Assembly: GCA_951406725.2 (NCBI GenBank) | Contig: OX597831.1 | Location: 1,116,001 to 1,180,000, forward strand | Length of the DNA: 64,000 bases | Direction of reading: 5' to 3' | DNA from: Octopus vulgaris | Taxonomy: Eukaryota | Part shown: positions 13,939 to 27,530 of the stretch, in pieces | How positions within the stretch are numbered: the stretch's first letter is position 1 | How the letters are laid out: every line of letters begins with the position of its first letter | Made by a program: the position numbers and the translations under genes | Notes under the pieces: model-generated | What the model saw: only the letters and a program-made list of their open reading frames with translations | Told to the model about the DNA's origin: nothing | The model's database searches: none

Positions 13939-14510
13939 TATGTGTGTGTGTGTTTTAGTGACATCTAGTCATTAAATCTTTTTTTTATTATTCTCTACCA
14001 TTCCCACTAACTGCCCCTCTTACTATCTGTCTGTCTGCATTCCCTCCTCTTCCTCTTTCTCTCTCTCCCTCCTATCTCTCATTTTTATCTTAGTTTGTGT
14101 AATTTTATCTCTGTATCAAACTGCATCTCTCCACAGCACAGATTACTTCTCTGTCTACCTTCCTCCAATTTTGTCTGTCTCAGTCTTTCTGTTCTTTATC
14201 TGTATGTACATATATTTTTTCTGTCTTTTCTCCCCTACTTCTCTATTAGTTATAGTTGGTGGTGTTAAATTTTTAAACCATTATTCCAGTTATACACAAA
14301 ATGAAACCATTTCTTCCTAGGCGGTTATCAGAGTACCAGAAGCAGTAAAACTGTGGACAAAATGGCATGAAGTATCTTTATGTTCTGATTCCAAATTACC
14401 TTTCACCCTCCAAGGGGTTCTCCACCTAAGGTTGTGTAGCTATATCAGAAATTAATAATTATTACTTATACTAGATATATTATAGTTTCCTTGAGCACAC
14501 TATATATATG

Positions 14511-14600
14511 GCACCTTGGGCAAGTGTCTGTTACTATAGCCTCAGGCTGACCAAGCCTTGTGAGTGGATTTGGTAGATGGAAACTGAAAGAAGCCTGTCG

Positions 14601-14641
<41 letters not shown>

Positions 14642-14842
14642 TTGTGTGTCTGTGTTTGTCCCCCCAACATCGCTTGACAACCGATGCTGGTGTGTTTACA
14701 TCCCCGTCACTTAGCGGTTCAGCAAAAGAAACCGATAGAATAAGTACTAGGCTTACAAAGAATAAATCCTGGGGTCGATTTGCTTGACTAAAGGCGGTGC
14801 TCCAGCATGGCCACAGCCATATGACTGAAACAAGGAAAAGAG
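14511..14842 (+). mobile_element. Abundant SINE family B with internal (TG)n (5'-truncated copy)
   Basis: CCTTGGGCAAGTGTC..CTATAGCC..GTGAGTGGATTTGGTAGATGGAAACTGAAAGAAGCC-(TG)n-..GGTGCTCCAGCATGGCCACAG. Homologs near 1700, 3910, 6965, 7866, 19555, 33040, 33555, 40820, 46085, 51635, 55345 and 63965. Confidence 0.9.
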
Positions 14843-15329
14843 TATATATATAATACACACACACACACAGATACATATGTATATATGTATATTGTTTAAT
14901 GTCAGATGAACATGTTATAGAAGATGTGCTTTTTTTTTTAAATCAAAACTGAAGTTGAGAGCCTGTCCTGTGACTCAAACTTTTTGCCAGTGAAATCTTA
15001 TACATATATATTTTATGTAGTCGTTGGTTATGGTTGTTCAGAAAGTTACCATTGGTTTCACATCTATTATTGCACTCAGCAGCAAAATAGGTGATCCATC
15101 AGACCTACTGGCTGGAGGCACATAACCACTTTACAAATGTACATACATAAAATATTGCTGCTCAAAAAACATTTTTTAGAGTGTGCTTTTTTCGGACTTA
15201 TGAACGACTGACCAATTATATATGATGTAAACTGATGATCATATATATATATATCACCATTTTACATCTATTTTTTCATGCCTGCATGAGTTTGATGAGT
15301 CTTCTCCAATACAGAATCCTGCCACTTGT

Positions 15330-15860
15330 TGCATTCCTTTATCATCTCCTTTGTGAGGTTCAACTTCCCAAGATCAGCCTTCACTACTTTTGCCCTTATC
15401 TTCCTGGGTCTTCATCTTCCACTGGTTCTTCCAATATGAAACTTCTGGCATTCCTTTACTCACCTATATATCTCATGTCCATACCAGCAGAGGTATTTCT
15501 TTTGCATACTACAGCCAATTCCTCCTTTATCCAGTTCTCCCCTTGGTTCATTTGTGCTTCATCATTCATGCACACTGAAATTATGCAACCAGCAGATTCC
15601 CGTTTGCTTTGTTCCTTTTCAAACCTATACACATCCTCTGCATCCAGTGCATATGCTTCACCATACAACATCACAGTTCATATACATGTATTGTACTGTC
15701 ACCATTTGCTGAAAGAGAGAATCTTCTTATGGCAGAGGCAATAACTCCCTGAAATTATTCTACTCTTTTGTAGTTCTGACAACTATACTTTTAGAACACT
15801 TTTTTCCTCTGCTGTTAAACTCATCAAAGTAACCGAAGCCATCAACAACTTCTATATGAG
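15330..15860 (-). pseudogene. Decayed RTE-clade LINE, C-terminal region
   Basis: Minus-strand translation includes FRELLPL and VMLYGEAYAL, resembling the RTE LYG.ETW motif region. Frameshifted. Confidence 0.6.
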
Positions 15861-15994
15861 GAGTGGTCTTCTATCTTGTCTATGAGGGTAGCAACACCAA
15901 ATAAGACTCATATCATAAAACCTATCCAACTCAGTACTGAATGTGGACATAAAGCAATGACTATGATGATGATGATGTATTTATTTATGTACAT

Positions 15995-16900
15995 GAATTT
16001 TTGTATTGCCCAGTGCAAGCAGAAAAATACAATCTGGAATGATGATATAGATTGAGTGTTGAAGTGGACCACATGATATGTAAGGCTGTGAATGTTGGGA
16101 AAATAACTATGGAATTGGAATAAGAAGGCACATGTTAGTCCATGTAAAGTACAAAGTATACCAAGTAATAGTATTATCCAAATTATGCAGAGCGGAGATG
16201 TGGATGATGTTACAAACAGGTACAAAAACTGCAGGCCTTCATAGAGATGGTGAGATACTGGATACAAATCATGAAATATCACATGGAAAGACAAGCTCAG
16301 AAACACCCCCATCCTAGAAAAAGTCTGGCATTTTGATGGTTACAACAACGAGTGTTCCAGTTAATCTGATCAACAGATCAACCTGCTTGTGAAATTAGCA
16401 TGTGAGTGGCTGAGCACTCCACAAACACATGTATCCTTAATGTAGTTCTCAAGGAGATTCAGTGAGACACAGAATGTGACAAAGTTGGCACTCTGAGTTA
16501 CAGGTAACACTTACTTTTGCCAACTGAGTGGACTGGAGCAACATGAATAAAATGTCTTGCTCAAGGACAAAATGTAATGCCAGGGATCGAACTCACAATC
16601 TTACAATCATGAGCTGAATACCCTAATCCCTAAGCCACGTGGCTTCCCTAGAGATAGCCTTGCACAGAAGAGGTATCAGTGCAACTGTATGTTCAAAAAA
16701 GGACATTAGATTGCCCAGAGAAATATTTTACTCACTGTTAGTGAAAATAAAAATAAAATCAGAGTAGGCCCCTAAATGAGGTATAAAGGATGTGGTTGAA
16801 TGCAACACGAAGAGACTGAACCATCATACATGTAGTTGGAGTAGAGAAGCATAGAACAGAAGTCAGAGCAGAAGATCGGTTCATTTCTTTTACGACTTAC
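15995..16900 (+). pseudogene. Decayed RTE/BovB-like LINE C-terminus interrupted by a SINE
   Basis: KYKVYQVIVLSKLCRAEMW and ITWKDKLRNTPILEK before the SINE, RLPREIFYSLL after it. Confidence 0.7.
16326..16648 (-). mobile_element. tRNA-derived SINE (head 2 + tail X) nested in the RTE remnant
   Basis: Minus strand has B-box GAGTTCGATCCC and a CORE-like GTCCTTGAGCAAGACA..TTGCTCCAGTCCACTCAG segment, followed by the same tail as 10002-10390. Confidence 0.85.
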
Positions 16901-17014
16901 AACAAATATTTCGTAGAGACATTCTCATTGACTATCATTTGACTAGTTATTATGATGCTGATGATGCTGATGATGATGATATATGAGGTGTGTATACATG
17001 TATACACAGACATA

Positions 17015-17168
17015 CATATAAATGCATATGTATATATACATATAAATGCATATATATAAATACATATAAATGCATATATATAAATACATATAAATGCATA
17101 TATATATATATATGTACATTTAAATGCATATATATACACATATAAATGCATATATATATACATATAAA

Positions 17169-17175
<7 letters not shown>
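17015..17175. repeat. AT-rich minisatellite (ACATATAAATGCATATATAT.. unit of about 26 bp)
   Basis: ATAAATGCATAT recurs about 6 times. Confidence 0.8.
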
Positions 17176-17207
<32 letters not shown>

Positions 17208-18098
17208 CCACACACACACACGCATACATGTGCATATATCTACATATATATATGTATCTACACAGAGACACAAAACACACACATGTGGATGTATGTATAT
17301 AAGTCAACACACGAACGCACATATGCATACAAACATACGCATTAACTGCCACACCAACAACCCTATTACCTACATCCTTACCTATCTATCCTTGTGTATA
17401 CAATTCACTTTGCTACTTCACCTCAACAGAGCCATAAATAAATTCTACAGTTGAAAACAGTGTTTATTACTTTTTCATAATGGCACAACCAAGGGATATT
17501 AAACTTATAAGAAACATGAGCTTGGAACACCAGGAAAAAGCATACAGATCATGTGTGTGCGTGTGTATATATACACATACACACATACACATATACATAC
17601 ACACACAGAGGGAGGGGGAGAGAGAGATAGAGTGTGAGAAAGAGAGAGCCATTAATGTGTCTGTTTATGGCAGATATAGTAGTTTCTGTGCACGTGTATA
17701 ATTATAAACACACACATACAGAAATGGACATGTGGGATTGCAGGATTAAGACTGGGTGTGTTTATATATATGTACATATATTAAAGAATGATTATATATA
17801 TACATGTATGAATGTATGTATATATATGCATACACACACACACACATACACACTCATATACATACAGGAAGCCAAAAAGCCACAAAGCTACATCTTTGAC
17901 CTGTGAGTTAAGAGTTTCATGCTCAAGTTTGACTAGCAGCTGATATTGTAGGTCTTTCAGTTGGTGATGTAGCTTCTCAGCTACAAGAAAATAATATAAG
18001 CACATGATTTACTGAGTTCTATTTTTTCCAGGTACTGGCATGGTTGTTGGAGACTCACTTTGGTCCCACTGAAAATGCTATGGATGATTGAAATGCAT

Positions 18099-18176
<78 letters not shown>

Positions 18177-18329
18177 ATGCGTGTATGTGTGTGTGAGATT
18201 CACAACCACCTGTAATACAGACCAGAATTAAAATATGTGTACTGAAGTTGATCAGATCTACAAAACCCAAGAAGGTGGTGCTCCAGCATAGCCACAGTTT
18301 AATGACAAGAATATATATATGTTATTTTT

Positions 18330-18603
18330 TCATGGGCCCGGTTTCCCGGTTTCTATGGCGTATGTGTTCCCCCAGCTGGACGGGACGCCAGTCCATCGCA
18401 GCGATACCCAAGAAACAGGAAGAAAGAGTGAGAGAAAGTTGGGACAAAAGAGTACAACAGGAGTCGCCACCACCCTCTGCTGGAGCCTCGTGGAGCTTTA
18501 GGTGTTTTTGCTCAATAAACACACACAACGCCCGGTCTGGGAATCGAAGCCATGATCCTCCAACTGCGAGTCCGCTGCCCTAACCACTGGGCCATTGCAT
18601 CTC

Positions 18604-18606
<3 letters not shown>
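18330..18606 (-). mobile_element. tRNA-derived SINE (head 1 + tail Y)
   Basis: Same 5' ~190 nt as 10002-10390, then a different tail, GCTGCGATGGACTGGCGTCCCGTCCAG..CCATAGAAACCGGG. Confidence 0.9.
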
Positions 18607-18638
<32 letters not shown>

Positions 18639-19403
18639 TGTATTGTTCAATTATTGGTAGGATCAACCAAAAAAGAAATCCATCTAATGAGAGATAAACA
18701 TACACAAGTTTTAAATGCAAGCAGTTTAATTGCATTTATATCCTCTGTGTGTGTGTGTGTGTATGTTCTATTATTTTCTCCTTCTCACATCCTGATTCAT
18801 TCAAAATGGGTGGCCAGTCAAAAGGTGCATTATTGTGTTATGTTGTGATTTAATACCATATAATTGGTACTGTTTCATGTATTGAAGCTAGCTGATAGAA
18901 TGGTTGCAAGTTCAACTTACAGAAAGAAGCAGCACATGTCCCAGTGCAAAACAGCTATTTTGAACTCGAATTTGTTTGAGGTGATATTTCTTGAAACTGT
19001 TGGAATCTTTTCTATATTTACCACGTCACAGCTTGAAATATCCTGACATACTGTTAACTAGCTATTTGAGCAGTCTGTACTGTGTCTTTTCATGTCCCCT
19101 GTGTCTATATGTGTATTTGCGTATAACCATATGTGTGTATGTGTGTATACGTTTGTAAGACCACATCAATCTATGTTATGTCTTTTATGTCCTGGAACTT
19201 AGTGATTTGACAAACAGGCATCAATGAAACCAATGACAAGAAACTTTAATTAGTTTGTAATATGTAAACAAACAAAAAAAGTTAGACATGTGAATTTTGT
19301 GTATCTTTCAATCTCAAATACTTAATCCTACTTTATATTATGATGAAATTAATATCTTCTTTGTAATAACTGTGACCACTAGAGAGAACACATGTGAATA
19401 AAA

Positions 19404-19744
19404 CAAGTTTTTCAACTGGAGTCCATATTTATCCTGGGGGCCCATATAAGATTTGGGTAAATTTTTCAGGGGCCATGAGAAAATTGTACTTCAGACCAGT
19501 AAAGTTTATGTGCAATACACAAAATATTTTAACAATTTTTAAATAATAATACGCTTTTACTTGTTTCAGTCATTTGACTGTAGCCATTCTGGAGCACTGC
19601 TTTTAGTTGAGCAAATCGACCCCAGGACTTATTCTTTGTAAGCCCAGTACTTATTCTATAGGTCTCTTTTGCCGAACCGCTAAGTTACGGGGATGTAAAT
19701 ACACCAGCGTCGGTTGGGGGAGACAAATGCAGACACACAAACAT

Positions 19745-19779
<35 letters not shown>

Positions 19780-20084
19780 AATTTATATAAATATACATAT
19801 ATACGATGGGCTTCTTTCAGTTTCTGTCTACCAAATCCACTCACAAGGCTTTGGTTGGCCCCAGGCTATAGTAGAACATACTTGCCCAAGGGGCCAGGCA
19901 GTGGGACTGAACCTGGAACCATGTGGTTGGTAAGCAAGCTACTTACCACACAGCCACTCCTACTCTTAATATTTCATTATAAAAGTACAATAGGATATTT
20001 TAAACATTGAGTGGCTATAGGGGACCACCTAAGTAAAATAGGAATCAAAGGGGTCCATAGGTAAAAAAGGGTTCAGAACCCCTG
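19404..20084 (-). mobile_element. hAT-type MITE split by a family B SINE (19555-19962)
   Basis: The end GGGGTCCATAGGTAAAAAAGGGTTCAGAACCCCTG is the reverse complement of the start of 21742-22074. CAG..TTCTCAAC termini. Confidence 0.7.
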
Positions 20085-20379
20085 TACTAGACAGAAATAA
20101 GTGTTGTGGTCATGATGGACCAACTAAACCCTTTGTAGCATGGCACTTCAAGGCAAGCTCTGGCCCTGGCTTGAGAAATCAATAAAATCCCATAAAACTA
20201 TAAAATAATATTTACATATGTCAGGTTTCTATACAGTTTCCGTTTGCCAAATTCCCCTAACAAGATATTAATTGACTTGAAGCTATAGCAGTAGACACAT
20301 GTCCAAGGTGTATTGCAACAGGATTGAACTTGGCACAATATAGTTGGAAAGTAAAATTTTTAACCACTTGGCCATGCTT

Positions 20380-20420
<41 letters not shown>

Positions 20421-20515
20421 AATACACATGCATGCACACATGTGGGGATCAAAACAAATAAGAGAAACATTTGATAAACACTTCTGTTTTGTTGGCTGCC
20501 CCCTTCCCTCTGCTA

Positions 20516-20555
<40 letters not shown>

Positions 20556-20671
20556 TACACAAACTAACACACAAACACACATGTTGTTGTTTGTATTGTT
20601 TTTCACTTGTTTATTTATTGGAAGGTTGAAGGAGATAAAAGAAGACAAGGGCAGAGATGTAAAACAATGAA

Positions 20672-20738
<67 letters not shown>

Positions 20739-21081
20739 GCAGAATCATTGGGAAATGGGCAGGTGGGTTGAGAAATCATTGTAGCATGTAGGAGTGGAAG
20801 CAGGAGGAGGAGGAAGAGAAGACAAAATGAAGAAAGAGAAATATGAAACAAAAAAAAATGTAGTTTTCTTCAAATTCGTTCACCCTCCTGTCCACCATAG
20901 TTTAATGGAAGTCTATAATGGTTTGTTTTTTTAAACAAATCAGCCAAGACATTGCAACCAGGAAACAGCTATTCTTTCTTTTGATGGGGAAAGAAAATAT
21001 CTTTTACTTCTTTCCTCCTCTCTTCTATCTATCTGTTTCCGTGGAGGGGAGAAGGAGGCAAAGAGATGGAGAGATAAACAA

Positions 21082-21146
<65 letters not shown>

Positions 21147-21266
21147 CAGATAAACAGACAGAGAGATAGAGGAAAATTAAAGCAAACGACTAGCTTTTTA
21201 TATGTATACATAGGTGTGTGTATGTACCTACACACACTTAAATACATACCTACATACATACATAAT

Positions 21267-21301
<35 letters not shown>

Positions 21302-21741
21302 TCTTTACAGTTTCAGTATCAAGTCAACTAAACAGAATGCTCATTTATTGATTTTTCTTTTTTAAGTAAGATGCCAGAAATCTACAGAGAACAGGGACGA
21401 GATGGTGAGAGGTTCATGACTTTCCTGAGAGCACTAGCTACAAAAATACAGAAAAATGTCCAAAATTAGCTTCCTCAGTCATTTTGGATTTTTTGAAGTT
21501 GTGTATACAGATCAGAAGCTAAGAACTATGTACTGCATTAGCATGCGTTTCAAAGGCTCCCAGCTTTCATATACTTTCCTTCAAAACAAAAAATATGTAT
21601 TTTCAAATACTCCTTAGACATTCTATAGTGGGCAAATTTACATCACAAACCTCAAAGCACAATTAAGATTTTACAAGCTGATAAGGTACATCTACTTGGT
21701 TACTTTACTAGAAATAACAGTTAAATCTCTCTCTCTCTCTC

Positions 21742-22074
21742 CAGTAATGGTTCTCAACCATTTTTTACCTATGGACCCCTTTGATTACTATTTTACTCTG
21801 GTGGACCCCCATAATCATTTGATGTTTAGAAATTTGTTTTATAGATACTTCTTTCAAAATTCCTATTTTGTTTTTCACACATTAACTTGTGTAGGAAGGA
21901 CTATGTAAAACGTTAGAGAAAGAAATCTGGCTGTTTCTTGCCATAAACACATCTAAAACAAAATTTTTTCATGGACTACTGTGCATCCCCAATTTACTAT
22001 TTTGCTTGTGTGGAACCCCACAAAATCTTATATGGACTCTTAGTGGTCATATGGACCCTGGGTGAGAAATGCTG
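21742..22074 (+). mobile_element. hAT-type (Charlie-like termini) MITE
   Basis: CAGTAATGGTTCTCAACC ... GGGTGAGAAATGCTG with internal TGGACCC repeats. A further fragment lies near 60470-60545. Confidence 0.7.
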
Positions 22075-22846
22075 TTTTACAATATGAAAAAAAGGGAAGG
22101 TCAAACTAACTACATGACCGGACTGTTTCTGATCAGAGATCTGCTGTGTCAGGGATGGACAAGGAATAATCTACAACTAGGTGCAAAGCTGCAACAAACC
22201 TTTGCATTAGTTCTTCCAGCATGGATACAGCCAGACAGTTAAAATCGGTAAGATGGTGAAGTTTATTAACAATTAAGTTGTATCTAATGCTTCAGAGGAA
22301 TCCATTATGGCTACGAATATATGCTTGTGGGGTTTCTTTGAATGATGTTTAGTTAGCTTGCTAATTAACTTAATTAGATAATGACTAGTAGAATATCCAT
22401 GCCATTACCCTATCAGTTTCAATCAATTTTTCCCATTAATTCATTTTATAATCCAAGAGAAGAAGGGCTCAGATTCTTTTAGGAAGTGTTTGGTCAATTA
22501 CAAATCCATCTTAACGATTGTTGTTGTTGTTGTTGTTGTTGTTGCAGCTGCTGCTACTGCTGTTGCAGTTGCTGCTACTGTTATTGTTGGATAACAAAGT
22601 CAACTTTGCTTGAAGGAAACCAGGCTGCTATATAATGACTTTGCCGTCTCAATCATCTTCAATTATTTCAAAATGATACTATTAAGTTTAGTCTGCTGCA
22701 ATATCAGAAAAATTTCCCCCCCACTAACTACTACTGGGAACATCTATGTGATTGTTTAAGTCACTAGAAATAGTAGCAAATATCTCCCTCAATCACACCA
22801 TACTATCTTGAAAAAAAAAAAGAAAAGGGAATGACATATTGTTTAA

Positions 22847-23067
22847 CCCTTTAGTATTCAGATTATTCTGTCAAATGTGATATTTGTTTATTTATATTGC
22901 TTTGAATTAATCATGCATTATCTTGTAGTTTAGAGATTTTAATGATGTGATTTTTTTAGTTTTAGAATGATATGGCAGGGTTGAGGTGAGAGGTGTGATC
23001 TGGTCAGTTTCAATATAAAACAGGTTAAATATTTTGGCCGGATATGGTCGGTTTGAATGCTAAAGGG
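22847..23067 (+). mobile_element. piggyBac-type MITE inserted in a family D repeat
   Basis: TTAA|CCCTTTAGTATTCA ... TGAATGCTAAAGGG|TTAA. Confidence 0.9.
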
Positions 23068-25243
23068 TTAATGTAATCCTAGATAAATTAAGCTTAAAAA
23101 AATCTAAAACATGGTCAAGCTTAGGATACCTCCCTTCAGAGATTTGTTAATTGTCTACTTTTGATACATTTAACACCTTAGTTAAGAGAATGGCTAATTC
23201 TGTCAAATTGCCTAACAATTTTAGCAGAAATTCTTCATGAATCTGGATTTTCTAACTAAATTGTCCTTCCTTAGTGCTTTCAAGAGAGGTTTAACTATAG
23301 CTGACATAAAATATAAATGGACTTTAATTTGTTTGTTGTGTGTTGTTTGTTGCTATTGTCATTAATCGTGGAATTTTGTAATTAAGGTGGGTGGAAGTTT
23401 TTATAGTGAGAAGCAGAGATTTCACCTCTGCTTTACCAAATCCATTAGAAAATTTCAACTAAAGTGTGAATATCTCTAATTATCCTTTACTGACAAGATG
23501 CTATCTTATCCTATTTTTCAATCAATTCACTAACAAATATGTATGGAACAATAAGCACAAACACACATACAACCAATGCAGTTATACATACATACATACA
23601 TTCACATACACAAATGCACAAAGCTGTGAGTGTGTATGGTATCTGTGTGTTTAGAAACTTTATATAATATCATTTCAGTGTTGGTCATATATCAAACCAG
23701 TTTCACTAAATACATGCCAAATCTTGAAATGGAATCTAAATTACATCAAGTAGAGGGTGGGCAGAAAAACCAGGAGTGATTCCAACATTTCTCAGCTATA
23801 CTTGTTAACAGATTACCAAAACAGTTATTTTTCTAAAACAACTCAACAATTTTATTGCTTTTCCCTTTTCAAATTTTACTCAGGGTATTGATTCATTACC
23901 AACAACCATTGCATAGTATCATTACATGTTTATCCTCTGACCATTCCACCATAATTCAACTCTACTCTACCAATCAACAACTGCTGCCACCACATGCCCA
24001 TACTACCATAACATACTTCTAATCGATGAGCCAATAGAGAAAAACCACTTGACCGATTGGAATTCAATCACTAAGAGACATGCTTCATTCGGCCTCTGGC
24101 CCACATGTGTACTGTCTTCTCTCTGTCTTTTTTATTACTACTGTAATGGTCTCTGCTCCTTCAGCTGGCTGGTCTTGTACTCTCACCACTCAGTCATTCC
24201 TAACCAACTCGTCTTTCTACCTCTCATCACTTTTGGTGCAGCCAGCCTCCTTGGCACACATGACCCATTATGCCCAGTCCATTCTTGTCAGATCACTGTT
24301 CCACTGGACTCTTCTTCCTGCTCATATCTTCCTGGCAGGTGTTGCTGTGTAACAGTCTAATGGAACATTAATGGTACCATGCTCAACAGACGGCTGACAT
24401 AACAAGTGAAAGAAAAAAGATAAGAAGGAAAACAAGGAAGTGTCTACAAGGAGATCCAGTCTGCTAGAAATCACACCATGCTATCTTATAAAAAAAGAAC
24501 ACGTAAGACAATGTGGTTTTGGGTATACAACACGATGGGATGATCACAGCTGGAATGCTTGAACATAGATCTAAAACCTGATCATTAGCTAGTTAAACAA
24601 CAACAGCAACAAGAACATATTCAGGCAATCATAAGTTACTTTTTATCTTATTGATGCTCTATGGTTGTTCAATAGCTTTAAATATAGAGAATCTAAAATG
24701 CAGCAACCAACAAGTAATCGAGGATTTTGTATTTGTGGTTGAGGTGACACAAACAGGATGCGAAGGATTTGGAAATCTATAGGTAATGGAACAGTTTTAG
24801 GTACCTTAGCACACTGGGTTTGTGATTGTAGTATTTCTGTTAGACCAGGATTCAGAAACTTTGGCTGAGACACCAAGTTTAAAACTTGTGATCAAAGAGA
24901 GACACATTGAATAATTTTAGACTTAGTGTTCTATACGGACAAACAATACCAAAACTGACATTGGAATAGGATGCAGTCTCCAGATTCACTGGATCCTGTC
25001 AAACTGTCAAACCTGTGTCAACATGCACATTAAATGATGATGAAGGAAAATTTTAGAAGAAGGCTGAGTGGTTTAGCATTTTCTACATTGTTAGCCTGAA
25101 CAGAAGGACCATAACTTTTACAAGTCTATTTAGTATGATTAGTAATTAACTTGAATTTTGGAGGAAGTGTGGTTTACACAGAAGAAAACTCTTACAGGCT
25201 CTTCAAGTCTTGGTGAATTTGATACAATTAATCTTCAGTTTAA

Positions 25244-25459
25244 CCCTTTAGCATGTAAACTGACCACATCGGGCACAAATATTCTACATGTTTTATGTTC
25301 AAACTGACCAGATCAGCTTCTCACACATACCATACAAAGTCATTCTCAAAATATACAATCACATCATTGAAATCTAAAAGCAATGAGATAATGCATGATT
25401 AATTCAAACCAATTTGAATAAATAAGCATAATTGACATAGTAATATGAATGCTAAAGAG
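25244..25459 (-). mobile_element. piggyBac-type MITE (same family, inverted)
   Basis: TTAA|CCCTTTAGCAT ... ATGCTAAAGAG|TTAA. The interior is the reverse complement of 22847-23067. Confidence 0.85.
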
Positions 25460-25552
25460 TTAAACACCTGTAAGCTGTCACCTGTAAAACAAAAGAAAAA
25501 GGTAGGCACGGAGAGAATTCCAAATGGTTGACATTCTGGGAAGAAAGATATT

Positions 25553-25780
25553 TGTTTCTTTATTACCCACAAAGGGCTAAACATAGAGGGGACAAACAAG
25601 TACAGACACATGGATGAAGTCGATTGCATCGACCCCAGTGCGTAACTGGTACTTGATTTATCGACCCCGAAAGGATGAAAGGCAAAGTCAACCTCGGCGG
25701 AATTTGAACTCAGAACGTAACGGCAGACGAAATATGGCTACGCATTTCGCCCGGCGTGCTAATGATTCTGCCAGCTCAGC
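25553..25780 (-). mobile_element. Near full-length family A SINE
   Basis: Minus strand: GAGCTGGCAGAATCATTAGCACGCCGGGCG..GAGTTCAAATTCCGCCGAG..GACTTTGCCTTTCATCCTTTCGGGGTCGATAAA. Other copies near 13125, 29003, 29236, 43405, 49023 and 52940. Confidence 0.9.
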
Positions 25781-26231
25781 TTAGTTAGACATAACAATAT
25801 AGTTGAGATGCAGAGGCTCTCAAAGTGTTTTGGATGGATGTAATTGGTGGTGATATGCAACCAGTTAGTTCAGAGGAAGAGAAGCTGTTATCCAATGTGT
25901 CCTTTCCTTATTTAAGACAGTAGATAGAATTTGAGGGAATTTGACCTATTACTTTTACCAGGTTGTGTGACCATGAAGAGGCATCCCTGTTGGCTTTGTC
26001 TATATAGAATCTATAAATACAGTGGTAACTGGTCACATGGTACCAAGCAGTTCACAGGTTCAAGTTCCATTTGTCAGTTGAGATAACATATTGCAGGTGT
26101 TTATATTGATATTTCTGTGTCCATACTGTCTGTGTGGTGATCATGATATCTTAAGATTTTGGACTTAAAACAGTTGTGTGTGATGGGTGAAAAGTGTGTA
26201 GAGAAGGAGAGAGAGAGAGAGAGATAGAGAT

Positions 26232-26266
<35 letters not shown>

Positions 26267-27189
26267 CAAAAAGAGTTACAGTCATACATTTTTAGAGATT
26301 AATATATAGAAAGTACAAGAAAGAATGGTAAAGAGAAGGAATGATACAAAGGATTTGAGAGTCAGAAAGTTTATTGATAGAGAATATTGGGAGAGAAGAA
26401 ATGTAGAGAGAGAGAGAGGGGGAGAAACAGAGTGTGTTAAAGGGAGAGGGTAAATGTGTGGAGAAAACAAAGTGACAGGTAGAGAAGCAATTGTGAGACA
26501 GCTAGAGAGAAAGTGAGAGAGATATGGAAAGAGAAAGATCTAGGAGCAGTGAGAGAGAGACAGAGAGACAGAGAGACAGAGAGAGAGAAAGAGAAAGAGA
26601 GAGAACGATATAAAATCAGACCTCTACACAGAAATGTCTTTTCAGAAGTCTAATTAATTTTGAATCTGGTACAGAGGGTGGATGGTAGAAGATGAAGGTG
26701 ATGGTGGCATCAATGGGGATGTAAAGGTTTCGGTATTGGTACAGGTGGTGATGTCGGTGGTGGTGGTGGTGGTGGTGGTGGTGGTATTGGAAGGTTGTAA
26801 AAAGAGGTTATAGTGATGTTGACAGTGGAGCTGGTGATGGTGGTGGTGGTGGTGGTGGTGGTGGGTGAAATAGCAGTGTAACAATCTGTGAAGCAAATAA
26901 TTACAAGACCAAAACAGAAGGTGCAGTGATTCTTTTGATAAAGTTGCCAGAGAAGAGGGAGAGTGAGAGTGTGCTATGCGTATGAGAGGGTGTGCGTTTG
27001 TTGTGAGTATGTAGGTGTGTATGTGTGTATGAGTGAATATGTTGTGTGTGTGTGTGTGTGTGTGAGTGAGAGAGAAAGGGAAAGAGAGAATGAGAGAGTA
27101 AGAGAGAAAGAGGGTAAGTGAAGTGAGAGTAAAGTTTCTTCAGAAGCACACCCCCCTTCATTTCATAAGGCTGAAGGGAGTGAGAAAGA

Positions 27190-27232
<43 letters not shown>

Positions 27233-27239
27233 ATAGAGA

Positions 27240-27306
27240 CAGACATACAGAAGTTAGAATGAGAATGAAAAAGAGAGAGAGGCAGACAGAAGTCAGAATG
27301 TGTGAG

Positions 27307-27345
<39 letters not shown>

Positions 27346-27530
27346 AAGAAAGAAAGAGAGGGGAAAAGACACACAGACAGAAGTTAGAATGAGGGAAAGT
27401 GTGTGCGAGAGAACAAGAAAGAGTGAGAGGTGGGAAAACACAGACAGAAATTACAATGAAAAAGAAAGAGAGAAAGAGAGAGAGAGAGAGGGAGAGAGAG
27501 AGAAACAGACACAGAAAGAACATAGAATGA
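27240..27530 (+). repeat. Interspersed motif CAGA(A)GTTAGAATGAG repeated about 5 times between GA tracts
   Basis: Copies near 27248, 27287, 27377, 27446 and 27513. Confidence 0.65.

Noticed and set aside
24080-24340. Possible very old LINE C-terminus (minus-strand W..GHV)
   Set aside because: Too degenerate to assign.
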